Assembly: GCF_009834535.1 (NCBI RefSeq)
Contig: NC_045696.1
Coordinates: 32,800,001 to 32,864,000 of the forward strand
Origin: Camelus ferus
Lineage: Eukaryota
Direction of reading: 5' to 3'
DNA: 64,000 nt
Positions 53,291 through 64,000 of this stretch are shown piece by piece. Made by a program: the position numbers and the translations under genes. The notes beneath the pieces are model-generated. The model made no database searches and was not told where the DNA came from. It saw only the letters and a list, made by a program, of their open reading frames with translations. Within the stretch, counting starts at the first letter, position 1, and each line of letters starts with the position of its first letter.

Positions 53291-53479
53291 TATGTTGGGG
53301 GCTGTCAGTGTAGCCTCTGGTTGCTCCACTGCTGTTACTGATGTATATATACTTTGTCTTTCTGAGCTGTTTGCCACTGAATTCCTCAAAAATAGCTACA
53401 AATCTGATCATTCCATTTTTAAGTTTCAGTGACTGTACTTTCTAACAATATTTTAAATTAACTTCTTTTCATGTTAACC

Positions 53480-53485
<6 letters not shown>

Positions 53486-53512
<27 letters not shown>
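53486..53512 (+). repeat. (TA)n microsatellite
   Basis: Directly visible. Confidence 0.9.
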
Positions 53513-53518
<6 letters not shown>

Positions 53519-55093
53519 TTCATTTCTGCCTGTTTTTGTTTTGCAAATTTTTACTTTATTTTCATGAAAATTATTCTGTCATTGACTACTGGAGGCATCT
53601 CAGCCATACTCATTTTATATTCTTTGCTCAACTAAGATGCAGTATTTGTGCAGTTTTGTCTTGAATACTCTTTGAAAGTGGGGAAACTTTTTTCCCTGCC
53701 TCCCTCCCTGTTTTCCTTCCCTCTTCCCCCCTCTTTCCTGTGCTCACTCTCTCTAGTCTTGAGGTTGTACGTCGTCTTACCACATCACTGATTTCCCTAG
53801 GCCCCCAGCCCAGAGCCACTTTTTTTTTTAATTTAGGCATTTCAGGGTGTGGTGATCTAATCAGACCGCTCACTCAGTTCTTGATGAAAAGACTTTCTCT
53901 GTGTGCTCACAGCCTGAGACCTGCAGGTTGTTTGAAGCCACAGCCCAGATGGTGATGAGTTTTATTTTTAGCTGCCTTTGGGGTTGGGGAGCTCCAGGCC
54001 TTGGCTTCAAGAATTTTCTATTCCTGGTCCTGTTTGTCTGAGAGCACTTAAATCGCTTTCACTCCATAGGAGCAAACTTCAGACCTTGCTACCACTCTCC
54101 ACTTTGTTATATGGTTCCTCTCTGCTTATTTTATTTGGTAGGCCAGTTTGTATGTGTGTATATAAATGTATATGTATATATGTAGGTATATATACATGCA
54201 TGTATACATATGTAATTCTTTTTTTAAACTATTCTTACGTTTCAATAAATGTGTTGAGTCAAAATATGAACCTCTGCACCATCTTACCTGGAAACCCTAG
54301 TATGTCTGATATATCTGAATCAGTTTTTCCTGATAGGATACGTATTTGTTGGTAAAATATAAAAGTAATACAAACAACTTTTTAGTGAACTATACTGACA
54401 CTTCCAGGAAGAAACATTTTTGAAAATTTTGCAAGTTGAATGTTGAAAAGAAAGTTTATTTCTGTTGAAAGCAATGTTTGTTTATTATAACAGGAGTATA
54501 ATATTTTCTAGTTGTTATAGCCATGTCTTTTTTTTTCATGATTTTTATTAAGCTGTGAGGTGTGCATAGAAGAATCAGGTACACACAAAATCTCACTCTT
54601 AAGGAACTTGAAGTATAATAGAGACAGTATTACTGCAGATAATTATAATATGTCTTAGAGGTCAATAAATCCCAAATGAGAACTACATTTAAACAATTCA
54701 GAGAAATGGAGCATTTGAATGATGTTGGGAAGCATGATTTTCATGCAGAGGAATATGAGAGAAATAGTTTTTCAAAATAAAACAATTTGGAATTGGGAGG
54801 TTTGTACGAGGGCATAGCAGACAGAGGATGTCATGAGAACAGGGACCCAGAAGTGGGCAAGTTGGCAGGTGTACTGTAACTATTTACATTTAGCTGAGAA
54901 GTGCAAAATGGGTGTGGATAGACAGAAACCAGAATCTGTGCATGTAGAAATACATACTCCTTTTTGGGGTCCATGCACTGTTACTGAAACCCACTTCCCT
55001 TTGCTGGGCTAATTCTCTGACCTTTATTCTCTTCTGCCTAAAGCTGCCAGTCCCTGGCCTAACCCCATGTTCAAAGTTTCCAAAATGACATAA

Positions 55094-55387
55094 ATACAAA
55101 ACAGAAACAGACTCACAGGCATAGTATACAATCTTGTGGTTGCCAAGGGGGCGGGGGGTGGGAAGAGACAGACTGGGATTTTAAAATGCAGAATAATGGA
55201 CAAGATTATACTGTATAGCACAGGGAAATATATACAAGATCTTGTGGTAGCTCATAGCAGAAAAAAAAATGTGACAATAAATATATATATATGTTCGTGT
55301 ATAACTGAAAAATTGTGCTCTATACTAGAATTTGACACAGCATTGTAAAATGACTATCACTCAATAAAAAAAGGTAAAAAATAAAAT
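55094..55387 (+). mobile_element. Young 5'-truncated L1 3' end (camelid/artiodactyl type) with perfect 12-bp TSD
   Basis: acaaaacagaaacagactcacaggcatag...gtggttgccaagggg...ctgtatagcacaggga...tcaataaaaaaa tail; TSD aaaatgacataa at 55082-55093 and 55388-55399. Confidence 0.9.
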
Positions 55388-55821
55388 AAAATGACATAAC
55401 AAAGTTTCTAAAATGGTTTTCTCAAATCATTAGATTCTTATTTAATTACTTCCTAGCCCTAGCTCTGATTTAAGAATTTTTTGCTGCATTATCATTCCCT
55501 TGTTTTCACATTGCTTTGCAATTATCACTTTACGTATTTTATATCTGTACGTTTCATCTCCTCCAAACAAATTGCAAGCTCTTAAAAATCAGTACAGGCA
55601 CTTACTACTCTTTGGAACTTCCTCTATACATATTCAGTGTTTTGAACAAATGTTTTAATTAATTTTGTATTTGGAAGAAACGTATATTAGAAAAAAGAAT
55701 CCACATCCGAGGCACTCTTTTTGGGTGGTTATTTTTCTCATTTTGTCTCTATTTCTTGGTGCCTTTTTTCACTAACATTCTTCTACTCTCTTCCTGCTTG
55801 AATGCAGACATGTGTATATAA

Positions 55822-55825
<4 letters not shown>

Positions 55826-55866
<41 letters not shown>
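55826..55866 (+). repeat. (AC)n microsatellite
   Basis: Directly visible. Confidence 0.95.
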
Positions 55867-55869
<3 letters not shown>

Positions 55870-58234
55870 CTGAGCACAAATGAAATACCAAGAAGGAGTA
55901 ATATCTAAGAAGGGTAATGCATAACGTTTCATATAATCAAACTGTAAGTTTCCTTTTTTTAGGCAAAGATAGCATCTTAGGAAGCTAGAAAAGCAAGGTG
56001 TCCTTAAAACCGCCAACACAGTACTTTTATATATGTATAAAGGGTAGCAACTGTATGTCTAAGACGATGTTTGTGTCTTGTGCCGTCAATCACCTCCTCC
56101 TTTTATTAGGCTCAGATAGAAGATAAACAACAAGACTGACAGTCTTGTGTCCTCTGCCGTTCTGTGTCACCATCACAGACGAGAGGGTATTATGTCATCA
56201 TTCAAGTCTGTCACATTTTAGTGTATTCTTCTATTTGTCTTCAAGGCTGTTTTCCTCATAATCCTCATAAACAAACACACCAACTGCCTATTTATTATAT
56301 ATTATTTTATTATGGAAATATTTTCCTGTAATATAATGTCCTCTACCACAGATGAGAGCATTTATGCTGCTGCCAAAGCCTCCAGAATATAGAGGTGATT
56401 TTTCCTAGGAAAATATTTCTTAAATCCATGAAAGAGTAAATACGGTATGTGGATTTTCTTTTCTCAAAATTCTATGTTACAATGAAACTGTAATGACTTT
56501 ATACGTCTATGTAACATGTAAATCAAACAGAGGACTCCAAAATTTTTAACATAAACCCCCAAAGTGTTTAGTGCTACAAGAAATACTTTTTAAAAATTTT
56601 AAATTATGTTTATTTTATGAAGAATGGGATATTTCTTTAAATAATGTATGTTTGTTCAGAAAATGGATGTCTGAGCTGTAATAGTAATGAAAGTGGTGAA
56701 GAAGAAAGTATAAGAAGACTTTGATATGATTAATATGGTAATCACAACATTCTTTTTCTTTTTCTTTCTGTTTTCGGAAACACCAGCTACTTTGACATTC
56801 TCTTACATCCACGTTTTACAATGAGATTTGATGTTACATTCATTGTTAAAAAGAAGCCTTAATAAATGAAGTGGCTCAATAATTACTTAATAACCAATTT
56901 CAATACCATTTATAAAGTACCAAAAATATAATTTGCTATTTATTCTATGTTTTCTAATGTTTTAATGTTCTTAAAATAGATATGGTGTAATGTAGTTGAT
57001 GGAAATGAGAAAATTCAGAAAACTGCAAGGAAGCAGGGGAAAAATGATCCCAAATTCCAGCATTCCATTAGGTACTTTTTCTGTTTTGTCATAAAGTCAA
57101 TACCATACTCAACACTGAATTTTGCATCCTTCTCTTTTCAATTACGCTTACATCATTTCCCTTTGTTAAAGGTCTTCATTTGTAATATGAAGGCTTTCTC
57201 ATACTCCATTAAAAAGTTTGTTTCCTCATATTGCATATTAAATTTAGTTATATTTTTTCATTATTCTAAATCATATTATGATGGCTATTTTAGTGCATAA
57301 ATCTTGGTTAAAATTGAAATAACTTTTACTAGGATGGAGAGACCAGGTCTGTACTCTCCTATAATCAACAGCCTGTTCTCTTGATTTTTTTTTTCTTTCT
57401 GCAATAAAACATTTTCAAATGATTTTCTTAAGAAAGGGAAATAATCTTTTTCTGAGATCTTGCATATCTAACAATTTTTTTCTACTGCAATATCATCTAA
57501 AAGATAAATTGGTTATAAAATTTTCAGCTTATCACCTCTCATTCTCAAAGTGGTGATGAAATTAATCCTTTTGTTTCAGAGGCTTAATAACTTGCAGAAT
57601 AAAAATATAGGTTAATTTTAGCCACATAAATTATTCTACTAATGCATCTTTAGATACAGTTGTCAGTGTATAAATTTTCTCAGCAATTTCTCTCTGTGTT
57701 TACACACATACACACACACACACACATACACAAAAACTACATGTATAGTTTTTCTTGCTTGTACTACCTTTTCTCCTGCCTTCTGAGAGATCTCAAGTTG
57801 GCCATCTAACATCATTGTTTCCATTTTCACTGCATTTATATGGCTTTGACTGCTGCCTTTGTTTTGGACTTGAATTCTTTTGTATTTTTAATCTATCTTC
57901 ATCTTCATTTTTTATTATACCTTGTTTTCATTATATTTCAGACTATTTTTCCTATATGTGTTTCTGCCTTTTTAAAAAGAGTTTGTATTTTCTTATAGCC
58001 TACTGAGGTTCCTAAACACTCATCTAATATTTTTTCTGGTTTCTATAGCAAATCCTATAGTAATTCTTTGGGATTATGTCCCTTTCTTTTGATCAATGGC
58101 ATTTTTCATTGAAACCATATTATTTTTTATTTAACCTATTTTTATTAATTACATTAGTGCAAGTTTCATTAATAAACTTACAAATTTCAGGAGTTAAAGG
58201 CAATACAAATTTAATTTTCTCTGAAGTAGTACTC

Positions 58235-58560
58235 AACGCACAAGGTTTTTGCATCTGTGACCTTTCACCTTGAGGAGATTCAGGGACAGGGAAGAACCAC
58301 AGTTCTTCAATTTTGTGGCATTTTCATTGTCTAGAGCTTTGGAAGCCTCCACTTCAAAACCAGAGAGGGAAGGAAAGAGGGTAGAGAAGCTTTGCCAACT
58401 TCTTAAAAGCTTCAGCAATGAAGTGAAATATATTATTTCATCCATATTTCATTGACTAAATCTAGTCACATTGCTTTAATCCAAAATAAGGGGTTGTTGA
58501 GACAACCTTTACTCTGGTCAACTACCTCCTAGATTTAAAGATGAAATGGAGAGCACTTTT
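58235..58560 (-). mobile_element. MaLR LTR (MLT1-like) fragment
   Basis: tcttaaaagcttcagcaatgaagtgaaatatattatttcatccatatttcattgactaaatctagtcacat. Confidence 0.65.
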
Positions 58561-61500
58561 TGGGGGGAGAGGGGTTAGAAATCTAGTCATTTAGCCTCAT
58601 TCCTCTTTTAATAGGGTGAGATCTACTCAGATCAATTCGTGGTGGCATTCAAAATGCAAATATTCTTCTCAGTTCCCTTCCTATTCTGCAACTGGATGGT
58701 AGATGAATAGGTTAACTCCTAGCACAGGTCCAAATTTGTAGTTTGCTCAATCAGGGAGGCTTAAGGCAGCCTAAGGTGGTTCTGTTGATCTTAGATGGGA
58801 TCTCAACTGTCCTAATTTTTCTGGGATCTCAGTCCTGCTGCAATCCTCGTGGTGCATTTACAAAAGCTCTCCCTGTTTCCATCTTCTGCCTACATTTTTC
58901 TTATGAATTTTGAACCTCTGTGATGTACCACTGCCACTTCTAATTTTGATGGTGAGGTATTTCTTTTATTTAGAACATAAGATCTCTGGGGCTCAGTGGG
59001 AACATAATTCTGGTTGATGTGAAAGCAGCAGTTATTTAGTGACTGAAGGCCTTTTTTGTGTGTCCAATAGGGAAATCCCAGAAAGTATTCACATAGTAAG
59101 GCTGCTCTAAGTGTTTTGTGAAATGTACAAAGGGAATACAGTTTTGTAGCAGATTATTTCTAAAACACGTGTTTTTCTTGTTCACCTTTCATCGGAAGGC
59201 GATTTTATATACTCTTTCCTTTCATACAGTCCTCATTATCCCGGTGAAAGCTCTCCAAGAGAGAGCCAGGATCTTTTCTACAGAGTAGGCTGGTTGTTGG
59301 GCTACCTCAGTCTCCAAAGCCAAGTCAAGCTCAAAGCCCTAAGTCCAGAGCTCAGAGCTTGGTTGGAAAGCCAGGGAGTCACGGAGTACTGGAGCCTTTG
59401 AAGCAGTGCATGTCACACTATGGATCTACCTCCTGAGAATTAGCAAGAGTAGTGTGTGGTTGTGCTTTCTCCACGGGCTTCAGAAGGCACCTCTACAGTA
59501 TATCTCAATTCAACCCAGCTACAAAGTAGGAGTTCAAGGTTACTGCTGAACCATTCTATTTAATGCAATAAAGCACAACGTCCTCTTTTATTGTAGATTT
59601 CACATGATGTGTCTAATTTGATGTATATTTTTTCTCTTCAGTAAGTTTTGGAATATTACTTGTGTGAATTACTGGAAAAAAAAAAAAGTCCCTTTCCATA
59701 CTCACTCCTAAAAAGCCTTTTATCAAATTAGCTTTCATCAGTCACTCCTCATGTGTCCTGGGCTTCTCAGCTTCAATCATTTCAGTTGTACAATGGATTT
59801 TTTTCCTCCTTTATTTTAAATTGCCTTATTTATTTATATATATGATTATTTATATATATAACATATATCCCTAGCAGTGTATGTATTTATACAAAATGTA
59901 TGAGCTTATATATACAATATAACTACATATATATAAAACTGTATATATTGTATAATATATACATATGAAAATTTTCTAGTATTTTATACTTTAGTTGTAG
60001 TGACATATTAAGATATGTTGCATTTTGTTTTTTATCTTTTAAATTTATCTACCTTTCACTAAAATGTTTTATAAGCAAAATATCAGTGCCATATATTTTA
60101 ACACATTACCAGACTTTTAAATGTTAGCGTATAATTTAATATTGAGTAGCACTTTTAGAAACTCATTTAGAGAACGAAAAAGAAATCAAACTCTATGATG
60201 TAATATAAGAAAATTCAATGCTTTAAACCTAGAAAGTTGGATGTCATACTTCAGCTCTACACAGTAAATTGTGATTTATTTTTATTACTCTGAGATTGAC
60301 TCCATTCCCACAGAATGTTTGATTTATACAAGAAGATATTTTAAAAACAATATTCATGATCAATATTAATGGGCTGATTTTTAGAGGCAGTATTTACTTT
60401 CTGGAAGATTCACACACACCTTTTCCCCACAAGAGGAGGAAACATAGTAAAAACTGGAGAAATTGAGGCCATTTGATCAGAAAGAAGATCAAGTTGTGAA
60501 ACATCCAGTAACAAATACATATTGGCAATGAAAAATATTAAACATGTTTCATAGGAATCAGTGGACTAATATTAATGAAATCTGTATTATATTTATGTCT
60601 TTTGTGGTTCTACCTGAATTTCAAAAGTATAAAAGTGATTTTCTTAAATATATTAACAGGTGCCTAGATTTTGAAAGTTTCTATACTATGGAATTTATTT
60701 CACCTAATATTGTCCACAAAATGAAGGCAAAACCGTGAAAATTTAAACCAAACTTCAGACTGTAGGAGATGAGACTTTGAGATCCTAAGAAACATACACA
60801 AAGTATTCTTGAGTCATTTTCTCCTCCTATTTTACAAATCCAGTTCCAGGCTTTCACAGGGTATGGGCCCCTATAAAGGTAAAAGATCACAAATACCAAA
60901 GGCTGGTTTCTCTAATGAAGGCAGATGTTTTTCATTCTCAACTAACTTTTGTGTATAAATTTCCATAATAGCATGACATACAATCTGCTTGTCTCTTTGA
61001 TAGAACTGCTCTATGAGAATAATACCACATGGCTACATACGGTGGTTTTATGGTGGGATGTGAAAAAATTAGTTTCATATGTCTTTGAGGGGACTGGTAT
61101 ATTGTAGGTTGTTGGAGAGAATGAAAGCTTACAGAAACTAGTTCAAATACCACATCGTTTTCTTGTTCTCTGAAAGCAGGCAAATAGTGAGCTGTATCAA
61201 ATTGTGAACTGTATCAAAAGCCGAAAGATATTTTCCCAAGGAAAATAAGAAATAATGTGACAAACACCTAGAGAAATACTGTTTTGAAGAAGCCAAGAAA
61301 ATATTCACAAACTTTTATTTGTGGGAGATGGGGGAGAAAAGTTTGTATAAGTCTTTGAAAATGTTTATCAGACTTTTATAGTTATTAAATTATGATTATT
61401 ATCTATTAACAATCATGCCTCATAAAACTACCCATACTAGATATTGAACAGATATAATATACATTAACTACAAATTGTGTAGTATTCGTATTAGGGTAAG

Positions 61501-61971
61501 GCTTCTAGTAAACATGGTCTTTATTCACCAAACTAAAATGTAGTTGCATATATAGCCGCATTTGGGCATTTTGTGTTAGTAACACATCATAGTTGCTGTT
61601 GTATGTTTGTCAATTATTTAAACTTTGAGGAGTGAAGAGCATTCTGAAGACTGAAGTAAAATCGGGCTTTGCTATGTTATTTGCAGAACATGTTTGATAG
61701 GTTACTACTAGTACTGGTGTATTTGATTTTTTTTTCCAAATGCTTTGTATATCAAGTGAATCTTTTGGCACTTTAGGTGTGAATTTCATGAGCAAAGTTT
61801 CTGTTATGTTCTTATGATATCTGACAAATGGTATATTCTTTTATCCTTAACCCATTTTTCGAAGAGAGAGATAATACTATTAATAAGAATGTAATGCCTC
61901 TAATTTTTATCCCAGCAAGATGATATTAAGGAAAAGTAATCATCTGATGTAAAATATTTTATGCATTACAG

Positions 61972-61972
<1 letters not shown>

Positions 61973-62004
<32 letters not shown>
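61973..62004 (+). repeat. (CA)16 microsatellite
   Basis: Directly visible. Confidence 0.95.
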
Positions 62005-62005
<1 letters not shown>

Positions 62006-62894
62006 TTGCTTTTGCATTTGTTTGATGGGAGTACTGAAACCTAAGAGAAAGACAAACCATTTTGAGCATATGCATACTAATTTTCTAAAGATGAAATTTT
62101 GAAATATACTCAATTATCTCAGCAATTCTTGATGAATCATTAACTTATAAATGACAACATTTTCAGCCTAAAATTCAGTCAAATTTCAGCTATATATTGA
62201 GCACAAAGTGTAAATTCATATTAGATGGTTTTAAAATATGGATAAATAATACTATTAATGAAATTAAAGTGTAACTCACTGTTTGAAAACACGTTCAAAA
62301 TCTACTGAGTTTTTTTTTAATAGATAAAAGCATACATCAAGTATGATATGCCATTGAGTTAGTGATTCCTGATTATTGCATCTGGGCATATTTGTGATTA
62401 AACAAATTTATAAATTGAATGTGTAAATTTCAAAAGTAGGTTCCTAAAACCATTGCAAGGGACTTCAAAAGTCATTTAGGACATATTTTCATGCAATGAG
62501 AGGAAGACATTTAAACATTCCTGGCAGGAGACCAGGTTGCCATTAATTAAACAACATTTTTGACAGAGCCCACTCTCTCATGAGTTTCCTAATTACAATT
62601 GTGAAGAGCTCAATAAATAGAAAGACAGTCTCTGTATCAAATCCAAATGGACCTCTTACTAGCTTCTCAAATTGAATGATTTGATCAGGATAAGTATGAT
62701 CTCCTATTCACATGTCAGTAACCACTTCATCTACTCTCAGTGTTCTCTCGTCCAGTGAAAATACTCCCCAAATTTAAATTATATATTTATCATATGTGAT
62801 TTACAGTCTTGGAACTACTTTTATTCTTTATCAAAATGTACTGTATGGATTGTCAGAGAGATGAAATTACTATATACTAATAGTATATGAGTGG

Positions 62895-62920
62895 GTGTGT
62901 GTGTGTGTGTGTGTGTGTGT
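62895..62920 (+). repeat. (GT)13 microsatellite
   Basis: Directly visible. Confidence 0.95.
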
Positions 62921-63297
62921 TTGCAGTGTTTTCCTTTCCCAGTAGTTATCTTAGTAAAAGTTTGTATGGAATTCTCAAGTTTTAGAGATTTTAGATGATC
63001 CCATCATTATATGAAGAATCTGTAGAACTCTCCCGTTTTGTAAAACTAAGGTCATGCTGATAGCTTAGATGACATAGTCAATAGAACATAATTAGCATTA
63101 CTTTTATAGATATTTCTTCTCTGCTGAATCCAAGGAGGTGTTAAGGAGAACATGTTTGTAAACAATAGATTGGTAATTCTTTTTTATAATTTAGTAACTA
63201 AGTGGAATTATGACTAGAGACAGTCTATTATCTATTGTTTTCTATCATTCCTGGGTATCAACACCAATTTTAATATAGAAGCATTAGCATATATAGA

Positions 63298-63700
63298 TGT
63301 AGTGGTACAAATAAACCTACAGTAGCAAGGCAGAAACTATACTAACTGCTTACTAATATCGCCCCTTCCAATGCATACAGTTGGACTGTGTTTGCTAGCC
63401 TCCCTTGAAGTACGGCCATGTGTCCAGACGTGGAATGTTAACTCAAGTGATATTCGTGTTTCCAGGCCTCTGCCAGGAAAATTTGCTACCCATGCTTCCC
63501 TAGGCTCACTTCCTCTCAGAAGGTTTTCACAGTCAAAAGATGAAGATAACAGCTAATGTCACTAATACTTGTGTAGTGTACATTGCCTCCATCAGTGGCC
63601 TTGAGCAGTCCTTTACTCTGACATGTTAGAGAAACTTCCTGTACTTCAAGCCACTAAAATGCAACTCTACTGTAAAATTAGTGGGTGTAATGATACCTAG
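63298..63700 (+). mobile_element. MaLR LTR (MLT1-like)
   Basis: tagcctcccttgaagtacggccatgtg...ggaatgttaactcaagtgat...gagaaacttcctgtacttcaagccact. Confidence 0.55.
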
Positions 63701-64000
63701 ACAGTTAACTAGAGATACGAAAGAAAATTTAAGTGCATTTGCCCTGGCTTTACAAAGTTCTTCTTGCCATATAAAATTGTAAAAGTCAAAGTAAGGTAAG
63801 CCTACTTACTATCTTAAACAGAAGGAGTAAATTTTCATAGTCTGAATCCATAGGTTTAGAAGTTTTACAGGCATGGGCTATTATATGGTGTAGGGGGATA
63901 CTCACCTGCCTTAGATGTTTAAAGTTTCAGTTACATAATTCAATTTATGTCAAAATGGAGAAAGATATTTAGAATGGGGTCAGAAAAATGAGTTTTGTGT

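Larger units (their letters stand above)
2693..64000 (+). other. CADM2: Large CADM2 intron (>61 kb, continues beyond the window)
   Basis: Starts at the GT donor; the next expected CADM2 exon (ALRDNRIELV...) was not seen; content is repeats and AT-rich non-coding DNA. Confidence 0.85.

Noticed and set aside
59625..59650. tttttctcttcagtaagt as a recursive splice site
   Set aside because: AG and GT share the same G (CAGTAAGT), so it is not an AG|GT junction.
59820..59965. TA-rich quasi-palindromic stretch
   Set aside because: Low-complexity decayed (TA)n; its self-complementarity is compositional.
1248..63556. All ORFs in the supplied six-frame track (60-159 aa)
   Set aside because: Short, low-complexity (F/L/I/S-rich or VCVC/YLSI repeats), often overlapping transposons or microsatellites, with no recognisable domains; expected by chance in 64 kb.

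Overview
AT-rich, CpG-poor mammalian genomic DNA. It is most likely camelid (alpaca/llama/camel), judged from two tRNA-Ala-derived vic-1-like SINEs and artiodactyl-type L1 3' ends. The only protein-coding sequence I can support is one 150-nt internal exon of CADM2 (cell adhesion molecule 2 / SynCAM2, N-terminal half of the Ig V domain) at 2543-2692 on the + strand, which the ORF track misses. The rest is CADM2 intron: about 2.5 kb upstream and more than 61 kb downstream. It is filled with old and lineage-specific transposons (L2, MIR, L1, hAT DNA elements, ERVL/MaLR and ERV1-type solo LTRs, SINEs) and microsatellites. I found no evidence for a new protein-coding or prokaryote-type system. The best leads are an inverted pair of same-family LTRs whose sense copy is cut just before its poly(A) signal, an old ~380-bp local duplication, several candidate recursive-splice, microexon or poison-exon sites in the long intron, and a tandem CACGTG E-box element. 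Repeat family names come from recalled consensus sequences and need confirmation with RepeatMasker/Dfam.
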